Positions 1 to 12,731 of a stretch of DNA of 64,000 nt are shown here, piece by piece; within the stretch, counting starts at the first letter, position 1, and every line of letters starts with the position of its first letter. The translations under genes were made by a program, and so were the position numbers. The notes below the pieces were generated by a model that was not told the origin of the DNA, made no database searches, and worked only from the letters and a program-made list of their open reading frames with translations. Source of the stretch: Takakia lepidozioides (taxonomy: Eukaryota; Plantae; Bryophyta). The stretch spans positions 62,001 through 126,000 of the forward strand of contig JAKLZA010000009.1 of the NCBI GenBank assembly GCA_030704615.1. The letters are read 5' to 3'.

Positions 1-18
1 AATGGCGATGATGCCAAG

Positions 19-3000
19 ATGAGACTGTTTCCTTGTTCACTTATCAAGAAAGCAAGTGAATGGTATGCAAGATTCCCTGATAATCATTTCCTAACCTGGA
101 ATGGCTTGAATACAGCATTTCGAAATAGGTTCAGGACAAGTAAAACTGAGGATGAAGTGTATGGAAGTTTACAACAGCTGAAGCAGAAGAAGCATGAAAC
201 TGTTGAAGAGTATATGGAGAAGATGGAATTGATGATGAAAAAGCTGGCTGCAGTACCAGCACCCGGTTTACAGAAGACTTGGTTTGTGAGTGGACTAAGA
301 CCAGAGTTGCAGAAGAAAGTGGATATGTTACCCCATAATACAGTGGAGGAGGCATTTGAAACTGCAAACAGAATTGAGCAATTGGGAATGCTCAGGAGAG
401 AGAAAAAGGAAGATGAGGACTCTGAAGATGAGTCAGATGAAGAAGAAGAGCAAGAACTAAAAAGAAAGAGTAAGAGAAAGGAAAAGTTGAAGAGGGATAA
501 CTATGAGAAAAGATTGGAAGAAATCTTGAAGAAGTATGCCACAGAGGCTGCAACACATTGGAGGAAGGGTGTATGGTGTGCAAAGTGCCAGAATGAAGGC
601 CATACCACTACAGAATGCCACATGAAAGAGAAACACTGTACTATCTGTAAAATGGATAACCATTCTACTGAGAATTGTTACTACAACAGAAGGACAGCTG
701 CAAGAGAACCTAGGCAAGTGAGGGTGCATCAGGTGCAGCCCCAGCCAAGAAGAAGCAATGATCAGGACCACTATGGTAGGTCTGGTGGTTATAACAATGG
801 CATGGAAGGGAGAGGTAATCCAAGAGGGAATTACCAAGGAAATTCCAGAGGCAACTATCAGGGTAATCCAAGGGGGAATTACCAGCCCGGGAATCAGGAT
901 TATAGAAATAATCCAAGACCAGACCAAGGGCGAGGACCCAATGGTGAAGAGCTATGTTACTATTGTAATCAGCCAGGACATCGCAAGGCAGCCTGTTCAT
1001 TCTGGATAAGACACCAGAATGAGATGAGAGCTCCTGTGAATGAGGGCCCAGTGGTGGCAGCTCACATGGTTAGGCCATGTGTTGTACCAGAAGTAAGTAC
1101 AATGATAGTAACAAGAAGTAAAGCCAAACTAATACCTCCAGTAGAAGAGGAAGAAGATGAGACTGGAAGTGGCAATGATATGCCTGAAGATGAAGAGACT
1201 TGGAAGGATGAGAAGGAACTGCACAAGGAAGTGGCAGATACTATAAGGGAAATGCAAAAGAGTACTGATATTCCTGTGGCAGATTCCTCTGATTCGGATG
1301 GAGAAAAAGAGGGGAGTGAGGAAGAAAGGAAAAAAAAAGATGCAGACATGCAAAGTAATGAAGAGACTTTGGCTGAAGTAATATGTCAGACCAAAGCAGA
1401 AATTACCATTGGACAGCTATTAGCTGTGGCACCTTATTGTAGGCACAGGCTGTATCAGGCAATCAATCGAATTGCCCAAGAGACAGGAAACACAGACCTG
1501 AACAGCAAGGTGACCAGTTATAATGTGAAGCCGGAAGGGCGAGAACCAGTCATGGACTTTGATGATTCTATGCCAGTAATCCAATTGAGAATTGGAAGCA
1601 CAGAACTAACTGATGTACTGATAGATGGTGGTTCTGGAGTAAATATCATGACAGACCAATTAAGGAAGAAGCTTGGTCTAAGTAACATGAAACCAGCCCC
1701 ATTTACAGTAACAATGGCAGATCAAAGAAGTGTACAGCCATTGGGATTAATAAGAGGAGTTAAGATACAGATACAGAAAATGATCTTTATGATCACAGTA
1801 ACTGTATTAAAAATGGATGAAGTCATGGAGGCTTACTCCTTATTATTGGGACGTCCGTGGCTGAAACAGGCCAGGGTATTCCATGACTGGAATTCTCAGT
1901 TACTAACTGTGCATAATGGGATGCACGAGATACAAATTACCACAAAGAAATCTAGTAGATTACCTGCTACAAGAAGACCTCGAGGAGTCAGAGAGTATGA
2001 CTGGAGGGGAGGACTGGATGAGGAGCAGGAAGCTACCCTATTTGCTGCACACCCAGAATGGGAGCAGGTTGCAGAGATGCGGCTGGAAAGCCTAAGTTGT
2101 TTGAGAGGTATCTGCTGTGGTGTAGTGACAGCAACACCAATTGAAGAGGAAACCAACTGTTACCCACCACATTTCTATGAAGAAAAGGAGGGAGAGATAG
2201 AAATCCTAGAAGAACCAGCCACTGTGAGCTTAAAGGATGAAGTGGTGACTGGTTGGACAATCACAGCTGATGAGCAGGTGAGAGAAGTAAATGTGGGAAC
2301 TCAGGAGGAACCGAGAATGGTGAAAGTAGGAGCTGATTTGGAGCCAGAGTTCTTCGAAGAAGCTAAAAGCTTGTTCATCAAATACAGAGATGTATTTGCT
2401 TGGAGCTATGAGGATCTAAAAGGGATACCACCTGAAGTCTGTCAGCATAAAATTGAACTGGAACCAGGGTCAGTACCAATCAAGCAGGCGAGGTATAGAA
2501 TGAATCCCAACTACGCACAGAAGGTTGGAGAAGAGATAAAGAAGTTGGCTGAGGCTAAGTTTATAACCCAATAGAGTATACAACTTGGTTGTCACCCATT
2601 GTTATAGTTCCCAAGAAGAATGGCAAACTAAGAGTATGTGTGAACTATAAGAAGCTGAATGCTTGTACGAAGAAAGATCCTTTCCCTTTGCCATTCACAG
2701 AAGCAGTATTAGACACTGTGGCAGGCCATGAGATGTACTCATTCATGGATGGCTTCAGTGGTTATAATCAAGTGCAAGTGGCAGAAGAAGACCAAGGGAA
2801 AACAGCTTTCATCACAGACTGGGGGGCTTATGCATACAAAGTCATGCCCTTTGGACTTTGTAATGCACCAGCGACCTTTCAGAGAGTGATAAGTGAATCT
2901 TTTCAAGAGTATCTGGATGATTTCATGCAGGTGTTTTCTGGATGATTTCAGTGTGTACAGCTCTAAGAATGAGCACTTGCATAAATTGGAGTTATGCCTG

Positions 3001-5100
3001 GCCAGATGCAGGATGAGAGGTCTGGGCTTGAACCCAGAGAAGTGTACTTTCTGTGTGAACTCAGGGGTGCTTCTGGGACACATTGTGTGTAAGAAGGGAC
3101 TCCTTGTGGATCCCAGGAAGACAGAGTCCATTAAAGTCTCTCCACCACCAGTGAATGTTAAGAGTTTAAGGAGATTCCTTGGGCAAACCAGTTATTACAG
3201 AAGATTTGTCAAAAGGTATGCACAAATAGCAGCACCATTGAGCAAGCTTCTGAAGAAAGATGCAGTGTTTGCATGGACAGCTGAATGTCAACAGGCGTTT
3301 GAGGAACTTACACTGTCAGTAACAACTACACCTGTGCTGATTAACCCTCACTGGCATGTAGTATTTCATGTTCACTGCGATGCATCAGGAGAAGCGTTGG
3401 GAGCGGTGTTAGCCCAGAATGTTACAGGGAATATAGATTCACCTGTGTACTATGCTAGCCGGTTGATGAACAGTGCTGAGAGGAACTATAGCACAACGGA
3501 AAGAGAAGCATTGGCAATGATCTATGCAGTGAAGAAATTCAGGCATTACCTATTGGGAAGAAAGTTTATGTTTTATGTGGATCACCAGGCTCTGATATAT
3601 CTGGTGAACAAACCTTTGATAAGTGGAAGGATAGCGAGGTGGTTAATAATCTTGCATGAGTTTGAGTTCGAGGTTATTTACAAGCCTGGCCGTTTGCATC
3701 TTGTGGCAGATCATTTGTCACGACTAACAACAGGAGAGGCCGCCACAGGAGTGGACGATCAGTTACCTGATGCGAGTTTATTTGTAATGGAGGTGCAAGG
3801 AAGTGCAGATGAATGGTTAGATTGGCAGTGGCCAATCAGATACTACCTTGCTCATGGTCAGTGCCCACCTAGTTATGGTAAGGAGCAGAGGAAAAGAATC
3901 GCTATCAAAGCTTTACCTTATACTATGGTAGGAAGCAGAATGTATAAGTTAGGACCAGATGGGGTACTAAAACGATGCTTGTACCACCATGAAGTAAATA
4001 AAGTCTTGGAGGAAGTTCATAAAGGAGTGGCTGGAGGTCATTTTGGAGAAGAGACTACCAGTAGAAAGATACTACTCGCAGGATACTGGTGGCCTACGTT
4101 GTTCAAAGATGTACATGAGTATTGTCAGAAGTGTGATGAATGTCAGAGGCTAGGACCTTTGCAGAGATCTGGAAGAATGGCCTTGCATCCTACAATGCCT
4201 ACGGAACCATTTCAGAAATGGGGACTAGACTTTGTTGGACCAATTAATCCACCATCCAAGAATACACAAAACAGGTACATAATTACAGCCACTGATTATA
4301 CTACAAAGTGGGTGGAAGCTAAAGCTTTGAGGGACAACACAGCCAAGTCCACAGCAAGGTTCCTGTACGAGAACATACTTACACGATTTGGATGTCCCTT
4401 AGAATTTATCAGTGATCAAGGAAGTCACTTCATGAATGAGACCATTGAGTTATTGACTAAAGAGTTTATGATTGTGCATAGAAAGAGTACAACATATTAC
4501 CCACAGGGTAATGGACAGGCAGAGGCTACCAACAAAATACTATGTACTATCTTGGCTAAGATAGTCAATGCAAACAGAACGGATTGGGATACAAAGCTGC
4601 TGACAGCTTTATGGTCATACAGGACTTCGTATAAAGTCACCACAAAGTATACACCATTCCAATTAGTCTATGGTATGGAAGCCTTACTTCCAGTGGAATT
4701 CCTGTTACCTACCATGAGAACGGAGTGGGGAAAAAGAATGGAATTGCAAGACTCCATCAAGGTCAGGAAACATGAATTATACCATGTGGAAGAAGTACGT
4801 GCTGATGCAGCTGATAATATGACCAGAATTCAGATGAAGAGAAAGGAACAGTTTGATGAAGGCAAGTTAAAGACTTTTAAGACAGGGGATTTGGTTCTAT
4901 GGTTGCAGAAGAAAGGAAAGATTCAAGCTTCTAAGCTTAAATCACCATGGAAAGGACCTTATGTCATACAAAAGATGTATGATAACAACACAGCCATGTT
5001 ACAAACCATTAACAAAGAAATGCTGGGAAGAGTCAATGCAAATAAGTTGAAGGGGTACAGTGGTATCCATGACAAACCCCTGCAGCATGATTTGCATGTT
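19..5100 (+). CDS. gag-pol polyprotein (CCHC knuckles, aspartic protease, RT, RNase H, integrase) with two 1-bp frameshifts (~2565, ~2935)
   Basis: CYYCNQPGHRKAAC knuckle, LIDGGS protease, SPIVIVPKKNGKLRVC..FLDD RT, HCDASGEALGAVL RNase H, H..GGHF..C..C and WGLDF/SDQG/NGQAE integrase, PWKGPY; both frameshifts are absent in copy 2. Confidence 0.95.
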
Positions 5101-5199
5101 GAACCGCAAGAGCAGTCACGGGCTGCACCAGTGTTACGAACGGAGTATGGAACACTTGTCGCTAGGCCCAGTATATATGACCGGGGTGGGCAAAACAAA

Positions 5200-5470
5200 C
5201 GTGACACAGCCTATCACAGCCCATCACGGCGTGACACAGCCTATCACAGCCCATCACGGCGTGACACAGCCTATCACAGCCCATCACGGCGTGACACAGC
5301 CTATCACAGCCCAGCACGGCGTGACACAGCCTATCACAGCCCGTCACAACGTGACACAGCCTATCACAACCTACCGCAGCGTGTCACAGCCTATCACAGC
5401 TTACCACAGTGCAACACAGCCTATCACAGCGTAACACAGTATGACACAGCCTGTCACAGCTCAACACAGC
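5200..5470 (+). repeat. 30-bp tandem repeat (GTGACACAGCCTATCACAGCCCATCACGGC), ~9 units, downstream of integrase
   Basis: Directly visible; reads as (RRDTAYHSPS)n in the pol frame; ~6 units in copy 2 at 58310-58490. Confidence 0.95.
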
Positions 5471-6161
5471 CTACTAAAGTTACACGATCCATAGAATCAG
5501 TGACAAGTGGACACATAAAAACTTCAGGAAAATGGCTGAAGGAAGAAGAAACGGAAATTAATTTAAAAATAGACACGTGGAGGTCAGGGTGCGACACACA
5601 GCAGAGAATGAAGTGCAAGGACAGGTGTCAAAAAGAAAGAGGACAAGAACGGCCGTCAAAAGGGATGAAAGGCGGGCCCATTAATGAATACGGAAAAAGG
5701 GAAACAGAACGAACGGCAAGTACAGAAAAACTGAATTCATGTCGCATGTGTGATCCTAGTGGACTATCCAACAGGGAAAGTCCACTAAAGAAGATAAAAG
5801 TTAAAATCCAGTCACAGCGGATACAGCCAATAGAAAACCAGATAAATGATCAAGAAAATGGAGGGAAATTAAGCGCAAGAGGCGGCGTCGTTCTGAGTAA
5901 CGGGCGTCTCGACAGGACAGGCCATAAATGCTATAACTTGGAAACTATGGAGGAACTAACAGACTATACGCTCGCAATATTACTTACGCAATGGCAGCCA
6001 CACGAAACGAAAGAGCAGAGCTTTTCTCTTGAACAATGCTTGCAAGCCCCGCAGGCTTACAAGAGATTACCCATAGCTTTCTGCGGCAACCATACGTTTC
6101 TGCTTTGTGCACTACAGGCATTCCTGCAGTTGTTACACCCAAAGCAGTTCTGTGAGTCTAA

Positions 6162-9100
6162 GATGAAGAGAGTGAGAGGAATGGAGGAAATCAGGGTGAA
6201 GAGCACCACAATTCTGCAGAAACAAACGATGGCTACCCCACAGGCGATAAAGATACTGAAGGAGCTGAGATTGGAAGGATTGCAAAGCATGGATTGGACA
6301 CTACACCATAGACAGTACATGTTACAATTTTTGCAGAACTTTGAGCCAAAGACAGGAACAACAACGGTGAAGGGAGTTGAATTAATGATTACTCCCCTAT
6401 ACCTCCAGCAATTGTTTCGATTGCCAGCAGGTCATGTGTATGTGGAGGAACACAGGGAAAGACTGCAAATAGGGGATTTATTCCAAGAAGGGAGTTTCTT
6501 TAAAACTCAGGGTTATGCTTGTACCAAAGCTGTGTACCCAGGGTTAAAAGACATAGGCCAAGTATTGAACGTTCTGATTGCCCTGAAACAGAACCAACAA
6601 TATTTGAGCAGATCCTTCACAGAGGAAATCCTCAAAGGCTTGAAGGGACAAGAGGTACCATGGGCGGACATAATGTACAACGCACTGGTAGAGGAGATGA
6701 AAAGATTACAAGGTACTACCGCAAAATCTCCTATCATAGTGTCTGGCCCAATCATTGCTCAAATAATCCTTAGTTCTGGCATACTTAATGCACAAGAAAG
6801 GAAGGAAATGGGAGTGTTTGAGCCAGAAACAACTGCAATGGAAGAGCAAGGCTCTTCACACAGTGAGGGTGGACTAGCAGCACAACCCGAGACTAAGAGG
6901 CAGAGAAGGGGAAAGACTGTAGTGGCGGATCCACTGGCTTCACGGATTCCGCATGATAATGTTTCCCAAGCTCATGACCAGGAAGGGGCACAGCAGCACA
7001 AAAGAATGTTATTACTGGAAGCAGGACCTTCAGAGAGGGAGGAAGAAGTTACTTCTGCATCACAGCCAACACAGCCACTTGAACGACTTGTCACAAGGTC
7101 ACAAGTTATCCATGCAGCTCAACCCGAAATAATTGATTTGGAAAGTGAAGGGATAGATATTCCAACTACAGAACAGATAGTGGCAGAAATAGAGAAAGGG
7201 GACCTTCTCTATGAATATTCTGGTCTGGTCAAGCAGACAGAAATCCCAGAGGTGCAACAGTTGCCCAAGAGAAATCCTGAGGTACATATAATGCACACAC
7301 CTGTGTCGGAGGTACCACAGGCGGAAGGCCATGACACTGTAGCACCGGTCATAAATGAAGTAGTTCAGGAAGAAAATCCGGTGGGACAATGGTCTGAATG
7401 GTTAGTGAGACATCATACTGTTGAAGATCGGGAGGAACAGCAGCAACCTCACCATGATGACCCTCAACAGGCAATGCTGATGAGTTCCATAGGCAGGACA
7501 CTTAATTTGTTGGGGACTTATGTCAAAACCCATGTTCCAATTACCCAATTGACAGCCTTGAAAGAAGAACTCAGGAAGGAGTTTGAGGCTCGACTTGCCA
7601 CTGAGTGTGCAAACAAGGTCGATGAAGAGGTCACTCTCAAGATGAAGCAGGACTTGGCCAATACAGAAATGGCTTTGCAATTGGCCAAGCAACAATTGAT
7701 TGAGGCAGGCCTCGCGCAAGACCAGTTGCACGAAGCACATAAGCAACAGCTATACCAAATGCAGGTGCAGCATGAAAGCAAGTTGCAAGAACTGAATGCA
7801 CTACATACGGAGTTGCAGACAGTGCATAACAGGATGGCGATACAATGCGCTACATTTACAACTATGCTTGACCAATCAACAAAAGAAATAAACAGTCAAG
7901 CGGAAAAATGTACGAAGGCAGAAGAAGAGAATGTGGAGCACATGAAGCTCATTGTCGATATGAAGAATACAATCTGTCGCAATGAAGATACTCTCAAGCA
8001 ATACAGGCAGATGGAAGCTGAGAATGAGAAATACATCGTGGAGTTGCAACAAACCATCGTGGCCAATAGAAATGAAATCGCGGTCAGTAACAAGGCTTCG
8101 AAAGAAGCCAATAATCTACTTGCTGCCTATGCGCAATTGGTTGAGCCACAGGCGAAGCGCATGAAGGATTTACAACAGCAGTTGGAATTGTATAAGCTAA
8201 GAGAGGAGCAAACTCTCAGGGGAACCACAAGCAGCTTGGTGGATAACAGCCTTATGCAGGTCTGGTTAGCACAAGGACCAGTAGAGGGCAAAAGCCCACG
8301 GAAGCTCACCCAAAGCGAGATGAATGAGCTCAGACTGCAGGTGCAGAACATTGCCACAACTACTATAGACAATGTCTATAGTAGGATAGCAGAGTTACAA
8401 GAGGATGTAGACGGACTCCAGACTCAAGTGGAAGACCTCACTTCAAACATCGACCAAAGAGTCTATATCCCTCAGGAACAGCTAATGGCTTCTTATTTGC
8501 AAGCCAGAACTCTGGCTTTTCAGTCTTCACAGGAGGTGCAGGAGATGCCAATGGTACAGGAACCAGTACCACCACCACCACCACAACAGGTCAGTGTACC
8601 AGTAGCTGAACCTGTGGTTACTACAACCACACCACAGCCACCACAGCCGGAGGTATGGGGCAATGCAGCTTTTAACCCACCTAAAACTCCAGCTGCCAGG
8701 GAGTACAGTAGGGCTATGATTATGCCCTTCAACCAAATTCCCATCATGTTGGATTTGGCTTGGAAAGAATTTAGTCCTCCGCAGTCATTCGCACATTACT
8801 ACCAAATCATGCGTATTTGGCTGCCAGTGGCAACCAGGACTAAAGTTCTTCCAAACAATCGACATATTGAAGATCATCACTTTGCACAATACTGGCACGA
8901 GGCAGGTACCATGTTGAGGGAATTGGTTGCTTTCCAGGTTGTACATGGACTCATTTATACCAAGACCAAGGAATAGCAAGTATTGTCATGGGGTGCGGGC
9001 TATACTACGCTGCTTGTTTTCTGATACGTTACCACATAGAGCAACAAAAGATGCAAGCACGCTTTCAAAGTTACTCCAGTGGAGATCATTGGGTATTACC

Positions 9101-9716
9101 TTCGGTGCCACCTCATATGTACCTATATGACCCAAAAGTTATGATACAGAAGGATTCTCAAATTCGTTCATGGTTTCAAGCAGCCTGCAACAATTTGTCA
9201 ACACAGAAATTCGGACTTGATGACATTTTCTATAAGGGACATATCGCATGGAAATACTTGCACGCTGCACCAGTAATTGGTACCCCACTCATCTGGACAG
9301 ACAAGGAGCTCAGTGTCTACACCAATTTTGCTGTTCAACGGTTACACCAGGTTGTAAAATGCAAACTTCCAGACATGGTAGGACAGCATTGTATGCCCCA
9401 GATGATTCCACAAAAAGTTCGAAAATTAAAACACCTGAGAGGCGATGAGGATTCTGATACAACTGTTTCTTCACAAAATTCTTTTGACATGGGAGAAGAC
9501 TATGCAATTCAGATGGAAGAGAAGAAACAAAGGGGATCTCCTATGCCGGATAGATTACCTCGATATCAGCCTCCAGAAGGCCTCACTTATCCAGGTAGTG
9601 ATCAACCATCTCCATCAACCAGAGACAGACCTCGGGCTCGTACACACAGCCCACCACGAAACTCTCAACGTCAACAAGGTGCTCACTCACAAAGGTTTGC
9701 TACTCGGAAACAGTAA
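6162..9716 (+). CDS. Extra 3' ORF of the Gypsy family: putative plant-transposon (Transposase_32-like) N-terminal region, long coiled coil, unknown C-terminal domain; frameshift ~8972
   Basis: QFLQNF..TTTVKGVELMITPLYLQQLFRLP..VPWADIMY..GPIIAQII resembles Gypsy accessory ORFs; heptad-rich Q/E/L region; conserved in copy 2, which reads through the 8972 break. Confidence 0.75.
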
Positions 9717-9737
9717 ACCGTGAGGACACGGCTTTTT

Positions 9738-9750
9738 GAGGGGGAAGGGG
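9738..9750 (+). other. Polypurine tract
   Basis: GAGGGGGAAGGGG 3 bp before LTR TGTTAG. Confidence 0.9.
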
Positions 9751-9753
9751 TAA

Positions 9754-10707
9754 TGTTAGAGGACTGTAGGGGACTTAGACACTTATACGGGATCTGTAGG
9801 GTACCCTTAATTTTTGCACAGACTGAGATAAACAGGAACCTTAGGGGTGACAGCAGCGCACTGTAGAGGGGGGTTACATAGCCCACACAGCCGACACAGC
9901 AGTCACAGCCCACACAGCCGTCACAGCCCACACAGCCAACACAGCCCGTCACAGTCGTCACAGCCCACACAGCCGACACAGCAGTCACAGCCCACACAGC
10001 CAACATAGCCCGACACAGTCGTCACAGCAGACACAGCCCGACACAGCCAAACACAGCCAGTCACCGCTTGACACAGCTGTCACGATAATAGGGAACGAAG
10101 AGTAGGACAGGGAACGACTGTGGGGAACAACACCTGTGAAGGGAACATGTTAGTTCACATACGACGGTTAGAGAGGGAAACGGTTAGAACCGCGGATAGG
10201 AGGATAAAGGGAAGAACGGGGAATGATGAGGGGATCATTATTATCATTATTCGGGAAGGACTTCGGAGTCAGGCGGGAGCGGAAGTCGGTGAGCACGATG
10301 AAGGAGGAAAGAGGATTAATAGATGCTTGTTATATGCAAAGCTGTAGGGATATTGTAGAGGAGAATAGAGACACAATGGCTTCGGCCTGATACCTGATAA
10401 ATCATAATCTGATACTTATACGATACAATCACACTGTGTAGAGAGATCTGAGTGAAGCTGTGGATTGAATGGAGGAGTGAAGGAAACCGATAAATTGATG
10501 AAGCAAACTGATACTTAATTATCAATGGTAAGGTAGCTAAGATGAATGCGGAAAAGGAAACAAATAGGAAACACCCCCATGATACACTAGCTGTAGGTCA
10601 TGACTGATTGTTCTGCGCGGGCTGAGTACTTAGAGATTTCCAACTCTTCTATCTTGGAGTTTCCGCCTCGGATAGCGAAGGGATGGGTGAGTAAAAGCCG
10701 CGCGACA
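9754..10707 (+). repeat. 3' LTR of Gypsy copy 1
   Basis: TGTTAGAGGAC...GCCGCGCGACA, homologous to LTRs at 51920 and 62670; CACAGC-rich repeats at ~9875-10080. Confidence 0.95.
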
Positions 10708-10794
10708 ACATCAACCAACTCCTCATCACTGGACTCTGAATCTCCATCGCAACTGTCCTCCGTGGGACATGGATGTGCTCGCTCCCAAAATCAG

Positions 10795-11560
10795 AAATGG
10801 GGCACCGCATTTCCAAAATTTTGGCAACTCTAAAAACCTCTTATGGAAATGCGGCACCGCATTTCCAAAACAGGGGAGGGACTAAATTTTCCATTTCAAT
10901 GTTGGCATAGTAAAAAGTAATCGGCCGATTGGAAATGCGGTGCCACATTTCCAAAATTTCCATTGTCCACACGCCAGTTTTGGCCTCTCCCGCTCATTGC
11001 ATGGATGCCACCACGCTTACAGAGGTCGAACAAGGAGGTCGAACAAGGAGGTCGAGATGGTGGAATTGGAAATGCGGTGCCGCATTTCCATATTGGGGAT
11101 GGTCGTTGTTCGAACTGCAGGCCCATCAGCAAAAATTGGCACCGCATTCCATTGTCAAAAAAAAGTTGATGACGGACATGGAAATGCGGCGCCGCATTTC
11201 CAGAACGGACATCGCAATTTGTCCATTTGCAGACCCTCTCACGGAAATGCGGTAACGCATTCCATCGAGCTGGTCGGAAATGGGTGCACTTTTCGAAGTG
11301 TTGGACGGAAATGCGGCACCGCATTCCCTTGTCCAAAAAGAAGTTTCCATTGCCAAGCTGGAAATGCGTCGCCGCATTTGCAATGCCAACCTCGTTGTCT
11401 GTCCAATTTATAGACCCGTGTTGGTATTTCGTGTACCTGGACGGAAATGATGCACCGCATTCCATTGTCCGACACTGAAATGCGGTTCATACATTTCCAT
11501 GTCGGCATGGCACCGCATTCCAATGTCCGACATGGAAATGCGGTGCCGCATTTCAATGTC
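10795..11560. repeat. Dispersed array of 22-bp palindromes GGAAATGCGG(C/T)(A/G)CCGCATTTCC, about a dozen full or half copies with unique spacers
   Basis: Visible e.g. at ~10845, 10931, 11068, 11180, 11243, 11307, 11360, 11534. Confidence 0.9.
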
Positions 11561-11811
11561 CGACATGGCGTTACTCTGGTATATTCTTGACACATGACTC
11601 TCATACCGGTTACTCTGGTATATTCATCCGGACAGACAAATTGTAGAAATGAGACATCAAATTGTAAACAGTGGGCCAATTCTGACAGTTATTCAACCGA
11701 ATGAAACACAATCATACAGAAGTGAGGTACGATGGGTTTATTGATCGGACACGATGTCTCACATTTACCAACTGCAGACAAAACTAAGCCCTTCCTCCTT
11801 CTACATGGGCT

Positions 11812-12384
11812 TCACCAAGTCGACGGAACTTCCATACCCCTCAAAACAAGCTCATCACTGCTGCGGCACCTCGAGGTAAACTGCAATTCGGTCGTTCTGC
11901 TGCCCTTGCTGGAGCCGACGACAATGTCATGTCCATCAATGATACCACCATCATACATTGACAAGGTCACTGTGGGCCTCATGTGCCCGTGCGATTCGTC
12001 TTCGCAACTCAGCCGAATGTCTCCATACACTGGAAGAGCGGAGTGATCTGCACGTATATAGTTTTCCCCGGTGCCGTCCTCCCTGGTCCACTGGCAGCAG
12101 TTCCAGCGCCAAAGCGAGGCCGTGCGTGATCTGTCCGGCATCCCTTTCCAGCTTGGTATATCGAGGTCAACAATTTTCAGGACCCACGGACCACATTGAC
12201 CCTCGCCCTCACCTCGCTCAAAGCGGTAATAGCCCTCCAGATACTCCATTGCGCGCAAAGACTCTTGCTTGATTCCAGCAGCGTCTGTGAAAACAGAGAG
12301 CCAGACAATGATGTCTCCTGATTCTGGTTTGAACATAGCATAATCGTGGCCATGATAAGGGCAGTCGGCTGGATTCGGCGGCAC
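11812..12384 (-). CDS. Cargo protein of unknown function, paralogue 1 (probable frameshift near the 5' end)
   Basis: Open 190-aa frame that aligns end-to-end by eye with the + strand ORF at 12732-13502 (DYAM..SGDII/VW, YxFERG, WNCCxWT, PxYGDIR, DGGxIxGxDIVV, ELVLRxxEVP). Confidence 0.7.
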   Translation of the reverse strand: MPPNPADCPYHGHDYAMFKPESGDIIVWLSVFTDAAGIKQESLRAMEYLEGYYRFERGEGEGQCGPWVLKIVDLDIPSWKGMPDRSRTASLWRWNCCQWTREDGTGENYIRADHSALPVYGDIRLSCEDESHGHMRPTVTLSMYDGGIIDGHDIVVGSSKGSRTTELQFTSRCRSSDELVLRGMEVPSTW

Positions 12385-12731
12385 GGCATCCTTGAAAAAG
12401 AGTAGCGGAGTACGGTCAATGACAGCAGCTCCCGGATGGAGGAGGAGCAGCGCGGTGGCTGGAAAAAGTTCAAGCTAATGCTGCAATTCCTCACAAACAC
12501 TCCAGGGCACATTTAAATTTCCCCCCTACAGGATCCTGGACCGATGAAGATTGGCTGCTGCATGAATGTAGCCGTTTCAGTTTCCTACCCTGCCATGCAA
12601 ACTATGGGCAGTCACTGCCAGGTGGGCCGATAGCCACTGGACACGACGAAGTCCATCCCCTCTTCGATGTAAATGTTGCGCTGAATTTCCATCCGGGGGA
12701 TGGACTTCGGTGGCAGATCTCAAACTATAAC

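Larger units (their letters stand above)
1..10707 (+). mobile_element. Ty3/Gypsy LTR retrotransposon copy 1 (non-chromovirus, Athila/Phygy-like), 5' part outside window
   Basis: gag-PR-RT-RH-INT order, extra 3' ORF, PPT and a 3' LTR TG...CA; highly similar to the element at 51920-63685; no chromodomain or extra archaeal-type RNase H recognised. Confidence 0.95.

Noticed and set aside
6162-9716. env gene
   Set aside because: No convincing signal peptide or transmembrane anchor
10795-11560. CRISPR-like array with unique spacers
   Set aside because: Spacing is irregular, repeats are degenerate, there are no cas genes, and the same palindrome recurs in other MULE pieces
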